Assembly (NCBI GenBank): GCA_051747585.1
Contig: JBNJGH010000003.1
Coordinates: 1,980-65,979, forward strand
Direction: 5' to 3'
Length of the DNA stretch: 64,000 nucleotides
Source: Candidatus Rifleibacteriota bacterium
GTDB taxonomy: Bacteria > Muiribacteriota > Ozemobacteria > Ozemobacterales > Ozemobacteraceae
Under the pieces are notes generated by a model. It was not told the origin of the DNA and searched no databases. It worked only from the letters and a program-made list of their open reading frames with translations. A program made the position numbers and the translations under genes. Shown in pieces: positions 40,140-50,189 of the stretch. Position 1 is the first letter of the stretch. Each line of letters opens with the position of its first letter.

Positions 40140-40533
40140 AATTCGCCTTATAATGCTGGAAAATGGCGAGGCTTCATCCGGCCATATTCCCTCATCTTCT
40201 ATCCCATCTATTATGTGGGCAATCTCACAAAAAGCTGACAACTCCGAAACACTTTGGAACCTGTTAGAGGATATGGATCCGGGACTTTTCGAACATTTTT
40301 CATGCAACAATGATGATTCTCCGCTGCTTGAGGGTTTTGATGACGGCCTTCTGGTAATTAACTGGGATCACAACTGCATAGAATCATTCCAAATTTACCA
40401 GCCCCTCAAATTCTCAGGAGTCGTGATTCCCCACAACGGAAAACACCTTGATATTGAGCATGAAGAAATACCTTACAAAATTGAAAGAAATTGGAACATC
40501 ATAGATCACCACTTTGAAGAGAGCAGGCATTGA
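40129..40533 (+). CDS. Small acidic hypothetical protein
   Basis: ORF only; overlaps its neighbours by a few nt, consistent with translational coupling. Confidence 0.3.
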   Translation: MMSEIRLIMLENGEASSGHIPSSSIPSIMWAISQKADNSETLWNLLEDMDPGLFEHFSCNNDDSPLLEGFDDGLLVINWDHNCIESFQIYQPLKFSGVVIPHNGKHLDIEHEEIPYKIERNWNIIDHHFEESRH

Positions 40534-42931
40534 AAAAATGATTAATTGTCCCGGCTGTGGCGCCGTAAATAATGAAGACTCAATCAGCTGCATTGCATGC
40601 AATCGCACCCTGAAAGTAGTTTGCCCGCAATGCTCTTTAAGAAATCCTTTAACAGCTGCAATCTGCAGCCAATGCGGAAGAATTCTCAATGAAAAAAATG
40701 ATCCGAGAATTATGCAACAAAAGATCGGGGATCCGGTTAGCGACATGTATGCAGAAGATGATGGCATAACTGCGACTGATGAATTCCCGTTAAATTCCTT
40801 TTTAAAAGTTTTTATCGGCGGATTCGTTTTTGCTCTTCTTTACCTGAGTAAAATTTTAAGTGGATATCCTTTTGCTCTATTGGGCTCCGGACTTCTAAGT
40901 GGTATTCTCGCCCTCTGGGGTTTAATTGAAATTGCTTTCTGGCTGATTGAAGACAATGTAATTAATGAAAATCCGAATAAGGACAAATTACCGGATAATT
41001 ATCCTACAAAAGAAGAAGGCGGTCTTCCCGTCATAGGTGAATCTTTTGAGGAAACAGACAAAGAACTTATTAACAAAAATAAGAGCAGCGAAAAAGCACC
41101 TGAACAACCATCCTTATCACCAGCAGAAGAAGAGGCTCTTTCTGATGCGGTAAAAGCCGATACCCAAACAGCCTCAGTTAAAGAATCCGAAGAAGATTCA
41201 ACCAAAGAATTTTCCCAGGCATCTTCCGAGTCGGATAAGCCCTCCAAACCTCAATACGAAACCCTGGCCGAATTTCTTTCAGATGGTATAGAAAAAGAAA
41301 TTCAGGCAGTACAGCGCAAAATAAGACGATCACCGGAAAATTATGCACTTTTGATGCATCTGGCTCAACTTCATGAAGAGCGGGGAGAATTGAACCTTGC
41401 TCTCGAAAAGATGACAGAATGTGTAAGTTTTGAACCTGAAATTGCAGAAATTTATCTGTATTTCGGGGTGCTAAACATGAAAAGCGACCAGATAGAAGAA
41501 GCCAGAGAAGCCTTTTATAAAGCCCTGGACCTCAATCGCTTTATGTCAAAAGCTTTTTATCAACTTGGCATACTTGAACGCGGCTCCGGCGACCTGCAGA
41601 AAGCAAGAAAAAACCTCCAGAAATGTATACAGCTTTCTCCAGACGATGCCTATGCTCATTACCAGCTGGGTATGGTTTACCGGGAAATGGGAGATTCAGG
41701 ACTTGCAATGATGGAGCTCAAAAGAGCAACCATACTTCACCCAACTGACTCTTACGGTCACAGTAAACTGGGACAAATTTACCAGCAAAACGGTCAATAC
41801 GATCTATCAATAAGTGAATATTCCCAAGCTTTGAGTCTAAAACCCCACGATCCGTTTGTGCTTGAAAAACTGGCGGAGGTCGTTGCAGCAAAGGGCCTGC
41901 CCGCCAGAGCCGCAGAATTGTTTCAAGAAGCACTGGCAAAGCAGTTTCATCCCAAAATTGAAACAATGATATCTCTGGGCAAAATGCTGAGAAAACTTGA
42001 AGAATTTGAAGATCTCGAGCTCCTTGCAGACGAAATTCTCAGGCTCTCAGAAAACAATTCAGATGGTTTATTTTTAAAGGCATACGCTGTTTTACAACAA
42101 AACCGCGAGCAGGAAGCAATTGAATTATTTGAAAAGCTGAGCGAGTATCCTCATGCAAGCTATGAAGCCTGGCTGGAGCTCGGAAAACTATACCAGAATG
42201 AAGGAAGAGAAGACAAAGCTCTTTCCGCCTTTATAAGAGCTTCGACCAATGCGCCTGACCAGGCCGGAATCTGGAATAATATTGGAATACTGCTCGGCAA
42301 TCAAAAAGCTTATGAAGAAGCTTTAAAAGCCTTTAAAAAAGCGGCGAGCTTTGACTATTCAGATCAACAGATAGCAGACAATCTAAAAGCCGTTGAAAAG
42401 AAACTCGAATCCAGTTGCAGTCGAATTATCGAAAGTCGCAAAGCACAGCTGCAAAAAGAGCCTGATGACTTAAATGCATACATAGAAATGGGTCGCGCCT
42501 ACGAAGTTTTGCAAAGACCAGATGATGCGCTAATGGCATATCAACGTCTGCTGGCTATCAATCCGGAGCATGTTGACGGTCTTATCTGTTATGCTGAGCT
42601 TTTACGAAAACGTGGTAAGTTAAAAATGGCAATGCGCTGCTATCGCGAAATTCTTAAATTACAGCCTGAAAACGCACGGACTCATTTGTATCTGGTGCAG
42701 GCAAATCTTAATTTAGGGTTTTTGAATGAAGCCTTGAGGCATGCAGTTACTGCACAAAAACTTAACCAGGATGACCCCAGAACCCATTTTCTTCTGGGCA
42801 AAATTTATTTTGCCAAAGGCCTTGCCCCCAGAGCTCTTAAAGAATTTACCGTTGTCGCTTCAACAGCTTCTGATCCAGATATGATAAGCTGGGCCGAGTT
42901 AATGAGAAGACGACTTTCAAGGACAGTTTAA
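40514..42931 (+). CDS. Double zinc-ribbon / TM / TPR-repeat protein
   Basis: N-terminal CPGCG...CIAC...CPQC...CSQCG, then two TM helices, then about 600 aa of TPR repeats. Confidence 0.6.
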   Translation: MKRAGIEKMINCPGCGAVNNEDSISCIACNRTLKVVCPQCSLRNPLTAAICSQCGRILNEKNDPRIMQQKIGDPVSDMYAEDDGITATDEFPLNSFLKVFIGGFVFALLYLSKILSGYPFALLGSGLLSGILALWGLIEIAFWLIEDNVINENPNKDKLPDNYPTKEEGGLPVIGESFEETDKELINKNKSSEKAPEQPSLSPAEEEALSDAVKADTQTASVKESEEDSTKEFSQASSESDKPSKPQYETLAEFLSDGIEKEIQAVQRKIRRSPENYALLMHLAQLHEERGELNLALEKMTECVSFEPEIAEIYLYFGVLNMKSDQIEEAREAFYKALDLNRFMSKAFYQLGILERGSGDLQKARKNLQKCIQLSPDDAYAHYQLGMVYREMGDSGLAMMELKRATILHPTDSYGHSKLGQIYQQNGQYDLSISEYSQALSLKPHDPFVLEKLAEVVAAKGLPARAAELFQEALAKQFHPKIETMISLGKMLRKLEEFEDLELLADEILRLSENNSDGLFLKAYAVLQQNREQEAIELFEKLSEYPHASYEAWLELGKLYQNEGREDKALSAFIRASTNAPDQAGIWNNIGILLGNQKAYEEALKAFKKAASFDYSDQQIADNLKAVEKKLESSCSRIIESRKAQLQKEPDDLNAYIEMGRAYEVLQRPDDALMAYQRLLAINPEHVDGLICYAELLRKRGKLKMAMRCYREILKLQPENARTHLYLVQANLNLGFLNEALRHAVTAQKLNQDDPRTHFLLGKIYFAKGLAPRALKEFTVVASTASDPDMISWAELMRRRLSRTV

Positions 42932-42932
42932 T

Positions 42933-44084
42933 GTGAATAGTTCTAAACTTATAACAGCTTTTATTGTTTTTTTATTTTTTTCATCTACTTATTCTGCAAA
43001 TTGCCAATTCAGCAACGAATTAGAGTCAGACGTCTCGGTTAGAGATCTACTCGAAAATTATGAACGTAACCCCAAGGCCGAAACCTATTACTTAATGGCC
43101 CTGGCCGAAACCCAGAAAAACAATATAGAAAAAGCTGAAAAGGCGATAAAAACCGGACTTGCAATCAATCCTCGTTCGGTCAGACTGTTGAATCTGAAAG
43201 GGGCAATCAAAGCCAGACAAGGGCAACCGGCAGCTGCCAGAAGAATTTTTCTGGGTGTTTTACAGCTCGATCCGGAAAACGAGTATGCCCAAACGTCTTT
43301 AAGATCGGTTGAAAAACAGTTACAGCCACGAAGAAAGCGTTTGCCGCTTTTAGAAAAATCACCGGATAACAAAGTGGACTCTTCTCCTGACAGCCCTCTG
43401 AAAAAAACTGTAAAAAAACCGAAGGTTGAGAAAAAAATACTACAATCTTCTTACTTCGAAGAAGTTAAAGATAAGCAAAATTGTTATTATGGCATGGCTT
43501 CGATTGACAGGGCCTATAAAAGATATTTAGATTCGAACCCCACTAATAAAGAATTTTCTTTGAACAAATTAACCGAAGAGGGGTATCTAACTTCAAAACC
43601 TATATGCCCTGATTCAGGGCAATACTCCTACAACGACTCCGATGTCGTATGCAGTGAACATGGCAATAAAACAGAACTCGGTGGTGAAGTAACTTCAGTT
43701 TTTAACGATTATAACCGCGGTATTAAAGCAAAATTGAGCCATAATTACCTCGATGCCCTTAAAGCTTTTGAACAGGTGGTAGTTCTTTATCCGCGCTGGG
43801 CTGAAGCTCATTACCAGCTTGGAGACACCCTGTTCAGACTGGGAGAAGCCGACGCCGCAATGGTTTCTTTAAGAAAGTGTTTGAAACACAACCCAGATAA
43901 TCTTGACGCGAAACTTCTTCTTGCAAACATTTACTTTAAAGTCGGTCAGAAATCTGCTTCTTTAAAGATTCTCGATGAAATTATAAAAGAAAAGAAAGGT
44001 ACGGTATACGGCCTTTCAGCCAAAAGTATTGCAAGATCAATACGTTCTGGCAGAAACTATTATCAGGTATTTCCTCCCAATTAA
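42933..44084 (+). CDS. Secreted TPR-repeat protein
   Basis: Signal peptide and TPR repeats. GTG start. Confidence 0.5.
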   Translation: MNSSKLITAFIVFLFFSSTYSANCQFSNELESDVSVRDLLENYERNPKAETYYLMALAETQKNNIEKAEKAIKTGLAINPRSVRLLNLKGAIKARQGQPAAARRIFLGVLQLDPENEYAQTSLRSVEKQLQPRRKRLPLLEKSPDNKVDSSPDSPLKKTVKKPKVEKKILQSSYFEEVKDKQNCYYGMASIDRAYKRYLDSNPTNKEFSLNKLTEEGYLTSKPICPDSGQYSYNDSDVVCSEHGNKTELGGEVTSVFNDYNRGIKAKLSHNYLDALKAFEQVVVLYPRWAEAHYQLGDTLFRLGEADAAMVSLRKCLKHNPDNLDAKLLLANIYFKVGQKSASLKILDEIIKEKKGTVYGLSAKSIARSIRSGRNYYQVFPPN

Positions 44085-44095
44085 AGCTGCTTGAA

Positions 44096-44959
44096 ATGAA
44101 AAAGAAATTAAAAAAATTAGCATTTATATGTCATCCGACTCGATCATCGCTTCCACCGATCATTAAAGAGCTGATTTGCTGGGCTGAGGAAAATGATATC
44201 GGAGTAAGACTCACTCCCCGAATGGCTCAAATAGTTCAACGACCTGAACTTGGACTTCCCCGTCAGGATATGGCTCGCGAAATCGATATGGTTATAGTTC
44301 TTGGTGGAGACGGTTCTATTCTTGAAACCACTAGAGCTTTTGCCGCAGACGGAATTCCGGTAGCAGGTCTCAACCTTGGTCATCTAGGTTTTTTGACGCT
44401 GGATGAACCAAAAAATGCAATAAGCACCCTTGAAAAATTGCGGGACGGTAAATTTCGTATCGAAAACCGTATGATGTTGCAGGCAGTCGTTTACCGCAAC
44501 GGCAGACAAATGTTTCGGGGAATCGCTTTAAACGATGTCGTAATTCAAAAAGGCACAATGCTGAGAGTTATTAACATTGATGTAGCTATTTCAGGTGCCA
44601 AAGTAAATACCTATCATGGAGACGGGATCATTTTCGCCACACCGACAGGCTCAACTGCATATTCGTTGTCGGCAGGCGGTCCAATTGTTCCACCCTGGGT
44701 TAATGTTATGGTGATTTGTCCGCTTAATTGCCACACACTAAGTGCCAGACCGGTAATAACTTCGGATCAGGAATACATCAGCGCAAAAATCAGCTGCATT
44801 CATTCCAAGGTAGATCTGGTTCTCGATGGACAGGAAGGCTTCAGACTGCTGGATGAAGATATTATCGAAGTATCGCGAGCACAAGAGTTGGGAAAAATCG
44901 TGGTATTCAAATCGCGAAATTTCTTTGAAGTACTTAGTAAAAAAATGAACTGGGGTTAA
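44096..44959 (+). CDS. nadK: NAD+ kinase
   Basis: GGDGSIL ... NLGHLGFLT motifs. Confidence 0.85.
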   Translation: MKKKLKKLAFICHPTRSSLPPIIKELICWAEENDIGVRLTPRMAQIVQRPELGLPRQDMAREIDMVIVLGGDGSILETTRAFAADGIPVAGLNLGHLGFLTLDEPKNAISTLEKLRDGKFRIENRMMLQAVVYRNGRQMFRGIALNDVVIQKGTMLRVINIDVAISGAKVNTYHGDGIIFATPTGSTAYSLSAGGPIVPPWVNVMVICPLNCHTLSARPVITSDQEYISAKISCIHSKVDLVLDGQEGFRLLDEDIIEVSRAQELGKIVVFKSRNFFEVLSKKMNWG

Positions 44960-44968
44960 AAAGAAAAA

Positions 44969-46852
44969 ATGAGATTTAAATTTTTTTCTATTCTGTTACT
45001 ATTATCTCTTTTTATTCCGTCCAGCTTATCTGCTCAGGGCGATTTTGATATTAAGGCTATAAGACCCGCAATTAAAGAAAACGGGCATTTTCTGGCTCAG
45101 ATTAAAGTCGTCGTTGGAGAAGATCACCTTATTTATCGCGAACAAACGAGTATTACCAGTGAATCAGATAAAATCGAGATCGTATGGCCAGATACCAGAA
45201 TAAAGCCTGACCCCTTTACCGGCAAAAAAGTAGAGGTTTTTGACGCAGGCAGTCATATTTTTAAAATACTGGTATTTAGCGAAAATCTTTCTAAAGAAAC
45301 AATCAAGCTCAAATTTAGTTACCAGGGCTGCTCAAATAAAACCTGTTTTTTTCCTACCAGTAAGACACTTAACTTTTCAGTTAAAAATGAGCCAACAACA
45401 AATCAACCGACTGACACCTCAAACAGCCCCTTTCAAATTTCCACACCCGGTCTTATGTCTTTAAATCTTGAGTCCGATAAAGAGCCTGAGGCTGAAACAG
45501 AAAAAACCAAAAAAAAAACCAGTTTCAAGCACCACAAAAAAATTACAGTAAATAATGCTGCAAAAGTTGAAGAAGAAAGCTTTGATACCGGCTTCGACCA
45601 AATGTCTTCAGTTTTAAAAGAACATGGTATTTTCTGGGTGCTGATTTTATCATTCCTTGGCGGCTTGCTGATAAGTTTAACTCCATGCGTTTACCCTATG
45701 ATTCCGATAACTCTTTCGATTATAGGCAGTCGGAAAGAAAATCAAAGTTTTTATAAAGGCCTCGGACTTTCAGCCATTTATGTCGCCGGCCTCTCGCTAA
45801 CTTATGCCCTGCTTGGACTAACCGCTGCCACTTTTGGAGCTCAGATTCGCAGCATACTTCAAGGAACTGCTTTTCAAGCAGCTATTTCAGTGATTTTCTT
45901 TTTACTAGCGCTGTCGATGTTTGATATTTTTATGATTCAGGCTCCAACTTCTTTGCGCAATAAATTAAGTAACATAAAAAAGACCGGGCTTTTCGGAATT
46001 TTTATTATGGGTCTGGTTTCCGGGCTGATGGCCTCTCCATGTGTTGCTGCACCTCTTGCAGGAATTCTTGCTTTTATTGCAGCTACCGGCAGTCAAACGA
46101 TGGGCTTCTTTATGCTTCTGCTGTTTGCCTGGGGTATGAGCATACCCTTGCTTTTAATTGGTGCCTTTTCTGGTTCGTTAAACGCATTACCCAAAGCAGG
46201 GGAATGGATGAACCGGGTCAAAGAATTTTATGGTTTCCTGCTCATGGGTGCTTCGCTTTATTTTGCCAGACCACTTATTGGCGAAACCTGGACAGATCTG
46301 GGTGTTGCGCTTCTTTTGGCAGCATTTGCAGCTTTTCTTGGCCTCTTCAATAAGCTCGAACAAAACTCAACTTTTTTGCAAAAATCATTTAAAGCATTCG
46401 GCATAGTAACAATTGCGGTGGCATCTGCATTTGCAATCAGCGCAACAGCCAGATGGGGCAGCCTGTGTATGCCCGGCCCTGCAAACGAAAGATTGCAACA
46501 ATCACAGACTATAAGCTGGAATTACGACCTCGACTCGGCCCTAAAAGAAGCTGCGGGCAAAGACCAATTAATCTTTGTCGACTTCCGGGCCGACTGGTGT
46601 ACTATTTGTCGGGAACTCGAAGAGCGGGTTTTCCCCCGCCCTGCGATTGCAAACCTTTTAAATAAAATGGTGGCTGTCAAAATTGATGCAACCACCACCA
46701 GCCACGAAATCAAGCACCTTAACCAGAAATATTCTGTTGTCGGTCTCCCCACTCTTCTTATTCTTGACTCTCAAGGCAACGAAATTAAACGAATGGTCGG
46801 AAACATCAGCACTCCCGACCTGAAATCAATCCTGGAAAAAGCCCTGAGATAA
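44969..46852 (+). CDS. dsbD: Thiol:disulfide interchange protein DsbD-like (CcdA membrane core plus C-terminal thioredoxin)
   Basis: Signal peptide, N-terminal beta domain, TM core with conserved Cys, and C-terminal WCTICRELE thioredoxin motif. Confidence 0.75.
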   Translation: MRFKFFSILLLLSLFIPSSLSAQGDFDIKAIRPAIKENGHFLAQIKVVVGEDHLIYREQTSITSESDKIEIVWPDTRIKPDPFTGKKVEVFDAGSHIFKILVFSENLSKETIKLKFSYQGCSNKTCFFPTSKTLNFSVKNEPTTNQPTDTSNSPFQISTPGLMSLNLESDKEPEAETEKTKKKTSFKHHKKITVNNAAKVEEESFDTGFDQMSSVLKEHGIFWVLILSFLGGLLISLTPCVYPMIPITLSIIGSRKENQSFYKGLGLSAIYVAGLSLTYALLGLTAATFGAQIRSILQGTAFQAAISVIFFLLALSMFDIFMIQAPTSLRNKLSNIKKTGLFGIFIMGLVSGLMASPCVAAPLAGILAFIAATGSQTMGFFMLLLFAWGMSIPLLLIGAFSGSLNALPKAGEWMNRVKEFYGFLLMGASLYFARPLIGETWTDLGVALLLAAFAAFLGLFNKLEQNSTFLQKSFKAFGIVTIAVASAFAISATARWGSLCMPGPANERLQQSQTISWNYDLDSALKEAAGKDQLIFVDFRADWCTICRELEERVFPRPAIANLLNKMVAVKIDATTTSHEIKHLNQKYSVVGLPTLLILDSQGNEIKRMVGNISTPDLKSILEKALR

Positions 46853-46892
46853 TTAGAACAATCAGCAATTCTCAGTGAACTGTTATTAGCTG

Positions 46893-47195
46893 GTTTTTAA
46901 AATCTTTGGTTTTATTTCTTTCTGTCAAATATAGAATTTAAACCACCGAGATCACTGAGGCCACCGAGTGGATTGTTTTATCTTTTTCAGCCTTGTTCCC
47001 GGCAGCAGCAAGCCCTCAGAAAAACATGAGTGCTTTTCTGAGGGCTTGCTGCTGCCGGGAAAGCCGGGCGGTGAAACCGCCGGCTGATTGTCCCCAGGAC
47101 AATCAGCCGGCTGAAAAAGATGCTCTGTGATTCTCTGAGAGCTCTGTGGTTAATTTCTTTGCGGCTTTGAGGCTTGGTGGTGTGAGGAATCTTAA
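46893..47195. repeat. Full copy (R4) of the modular palindromic repeat
   Basis: Core at 46982-47119, bounded by the same 11-bp inverted repeats. H3 is at 46998-47059 and carries the different but fully compensated stem cccggcagcagcaagccctcag. The H1/H2 block lies on the opposite side of H3 relative to R3. Confidence 0.8.
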
Positions 47196-47199
47196 ATAA

Positions 47200-47964
47200 T
47201 TATAGTCCTGTTGGCAGGTCTATAAATTCATATTCCAGCGCGAACTTTTCGGCCAGATGTTTGGCCAGAGCTTGAACTCCAAAAACCTCAGTCGCATAAT
47301 GTCCCGCCGAAACCATGTTTACTCCTACATCTCGGCAGGCTGCAACCCCCTGGTGAATAATTTCACCGGTTAAAATTAAATCGATTTCGCCGTTATAAAC
47401 CTGCTCAGCATTTACAGAGCTCCAGCCACCGCCGGAAGTAATTCCAATATTTTGAACTTTTTCTTTACCAAAATCCAGATTGGTATTGATTGGGCCAATC
47501 AATTTTTCGATTTTATTTTTAAACTCATTTAGTGATACAGGTTGCTTGAGTCTGGCAAGTACACCCACAGGATTTCTGCCTGCTCCAAAAGGGCCTTTTA
47601 CTTCTGCTTGAAGTAAGTTGGCCATTTGAGCATTATTACCAAAAATCAAATGCGCATCAAGCGGTAGATGCATGGCAAAAAGATTAAGATCGCCCTTCAT
47701 AAGCGATTTAACCATTCGTTGTTTTATGCGGTTAAGGCTTGTCCATTCTCCGCCTTTCCAGAACAGGCCGTGATGAACAAATGCAAAATCACCGTTTTTT
47801 TTGATTGCCTTATCAAAGAACTCAACAGTTGCATCAACGCCGGCAATTATTTTTTTTATTTCTTCTTTTCCTTCAAATTGCAGGCCATTGTATGAATAAT
47901 CGGGAAAATTGTAATCTGCAAAAATTTCATTAATATATTTAATCAGTTCATTTCGATTTACCAT
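47200..47964 (-). CDS. Nif3-family dinuclear metal-centre protein (YqfO/YbgI-like)
   Basis: Conserved Nif3 N-terminus (ADYNFPDYSYNGLQFEG) and the HHG motif. Confidence 0.8.
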   Translation of the reverse strand: MVNRNELIKYINEIFADYNFPDYSYNGLQFEGKEEIKKIIAGVDATVEFFDKAIKKNGDFAFVHHGLFWKGGEWTSLNRIKQRMVKSLMKGDLNLFAMHLPLDAHLIFGNNAQMANLLQAEVKGPFGAGRNPVGVLARLKQPVSLNEFKNKIEKLIGPINTNLDFGKEKVQNIGITSGGGWSSVNAEQVYNGEIDLILTGEIIHQGVAACRDVGVNMVSAGHYATEVFGVQALAKHLAEKFALEYEFIDLPTGL

Positions 47965-48748
47965 TAAAATCTCTCCTGTTCATCTTAAGTGGTATTGTAT
48001 CAAAACAATAATCGATACCCAGCTCATTACACTTTTCTTTAACAAATAATTTCTGCTGACCGGTTTTTGATGCTTCGACTGTCAAAAGCAAACAATCATT
48101 ATTTAATAAAGGCTCAACTTTTTTTAAGCGCTTTTTGCGCTGCCAGGGATGAATATGTTTACCGTTTTTATCATTGAATAAACCGCTGGTAATTACACCA
48201 TCGATTTTATTGTTTATTAACGTTTCTTCGACAAAGGTTTCACCTTCAAGCAATATTAGAGGATCACTTTTGTATCTCGCAGCCTGCTCAGTTATTTTTA
48301 AAACAAGCTGCCACATCATTCGTTTATTTAAAGGATTGTTAGAAACGAGTTTAAAATAATCTGCCCGTGCCAGTAAAATACCTTCAAAGCCTTTCAACAT
48401 ATATTCTCGCACTCTACTGACAAGAATATTTGTGAATGCCTGGGAATAAAAGCGGGCAAATTTAAGATTTTGGGGTGATTTTTTCCGATCTAAGACATAG
48501 TTTTTGGCTCTAATGTCTAAAGGCATAATACGCCAGTCTTCGACCTCACAAACATTCAGCCAGGCTACAGGAGTAAGTCCTTTATTTACGAGCTCCTGTA
48601 ATTGGGCACGACTGTAACAGTCAGGATCCAGCACAACTATACCATTTGAGGCCGTAATTTCTTCACCGGTGGCTACAAATTGCCAACCAAAAGCTGATAC
48701 CGTAGAAAAAACAAATACAAGCAACAGAGACAGGATATTTTTTTTCAC
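47948..48748 (-). CDS. Secreted hypothetical protein, possibly a GH114/TM1410-like TIM-barrel hydrolase
   Basis: Signal peptide. The family assignment is tentative and based on size and composition only. Confidence 0.3.
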   Translation of the reverse strand: MKKNILSLLLVFVFSTVSAFGWQFVATGEEITASNGIVVLDPDCYSRAQLQELVNKGLTPVAWLNVCEVEDWRIMPLDIRAKNYVLDRKKSPQNLKFARFYSQAFTNILVSRVREYMLKGFEGILLARADYFKLVSNNPLNKRMMWQLVLKITEQAARYKSDPLILLEGETFVEETLINNKIDGVITSGLFNDKNGKHIHPWQRKKRLKKVEPLLNNDCLLLTVEASKTGQQKLFVKEKCNELGIDYCFDTIPLKMNRRDFNGKSK

Positions 48749-50163
48749 AATAACGCCTCTGCTTCTTTGATCTTATTTTCTACGAACTGCTTATATTCAG
48801 ATAAGCTGCTTGTATCTTCGGCCTCAAACCTTGAAACAAGAATTGGCTGAGTATTTGAGGCTCTTACAAGGCCCCAGCCTTTATCGAACTCAACTCTTAT
48901 GCCATCGGTTAAATTTATGTTTCTTATAATCGGTGCAGTTAAACTTTTATTATGGGTTTGAATTAAATTTATAACCTGATCAACTACTTTGAACTTTTTG
49001 CTTTCTTCGCAATCTATTCTTATTTCCGGAGTCACAATAACTTCAGGTAAATCTCTTAAAAAATCGGCAGGGCATTTATCGGGCATTGCCTGAGCCGATA
49101 TGCGGGCAATCTCGAGTGATGCGTGAATCGCATCATCGAAGCCGAAGAATTCTTCGGCAAAAAAGATGTGTCCGCTCATTTCGCCTGCCAGCATTGCTTT
49201 GGCTTCTTTCATTTTATTTTTAATCAAAGAATGCCCGGTTTTCCACATAACCGGGTTGCCGCCGGCATTTTCAATTTCGCGATACATTCTGGTCGAACAT
49301 TTTACCTCTCCAATAATTGTGGCATGAGGATTTCTTTGCAGAACATCTCTGGCCAGAATAATCATAATTTCATCGCCCCAGAGAATATTGCCTTCGTTAT
49401 CGACCACTCCCAGCCGATCGCTATCGCCATCATAAGAAAAGCCCACATCTGCCCCGACCTCTTTTACTTTGCTTACAAGGTGCTGCAGATTTTTTTCCAC
49501 TGTCGGATCCGGATGATGATTTGGGAAATTGCCATCGGGCTCACAGAATAATTCAATAACTTCACAACCCAGTTTTTTGAAAATTTGCGGTGCAACAAGC
49601 CCGGCTGTGCCATTGCCTGCATCGACAACCACCTTCGGTTTATTTGCTTGTTCTTTGAGGGCTTTCTGTCTATTGATCTGAAAATCTATATAAGCTTCAA
49701 TAATGTTATAAGAACTTTGCTTTCCGTTTCCATCAATGAAGCTTTCTTTTTCGAGAATTTCGCGAACTTTTTGAATTTGATCGCCATAAATAGTAGTTTT
49801 GTTAAAACCAAGTTTGAAGCCGTTGTATTCAGGCGGGTTGTGGCTTCCCGTAATCATGATGGCTCCGTCAATATCGAGCTTGAACATGGAATAATAAACC
49901 AGAGGAGTCGGACACATTCCCAGATCGATAACATCGACTCCTGAGTCGAGAAGCCCTCTGGTAAACCAGTCCTGCAATTGCGGACCGCTAAGACGGGCAT
50001 CTCGCCCTATTGCCATGCGTAGCTCGCCGGGCTTGCCTTTTTCATTGGCCACATAAGCTGCAAAAGATCTGGCAAGCTTATATATGAATTCCTCTGAAAA
50101 GTCTTTCTCAACTATTCCTCTTATATCGTATTGTTTAAAAACGCTTTTATTAAAATTTTTCAT
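48745..50163 (-). CDS. Phosphomannomutase/phosphoglucomutase (alpha-D-phosphohexomutase)
   Basis: TGSHNPPEYNGFK active-site Ser loop, GDGDSDR metal loop, and typical length. Confidence 0.85.
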   Translation of the reverse strand: MKNFNKSVFKQYDIRGIVEKDFSEEFIYKLARSFAAYVANEKGKPGELRMAIGRDARLSGPQLQDWFTRGLLDSGVDVIDLGMCPTPLVYYSMFKLDIDGAIMITGSHNPPEYNGFKLGFNKTTIYGDQIQKVREILEKESFIDGNGKQSSYNIIEAYIDFQINRQKALKEQANKPKVVVDAGNGTAGLVAPQIFKKLGCEVIELFCEPDGNFPNHHPDPTVEKNLQHLVSKVKEVGADVGFSYDGDSDRLGVVDNEGNILWGDEIMIILARDVLQRNPHATIIGEVKCSTRMYREIENAGGNPVMWKTGHSLIKNKMKEAKAMLAGEMSGHIFFAEEFFGFDDAIHASLEIARISAQAMPDKCPADFLRDLPEVIVTPEIRIDCEESKKFKVVDQVINLIQTHNKSLTAPIIRNINLTDGIRVEFDKGWGLVRASNTQPILVSRFEAEDTSSLSEYKQFVENKIKEAEALL

Positions 50164-50189
50164 TATCGCCTCAACTCTTTGTATAAAAT

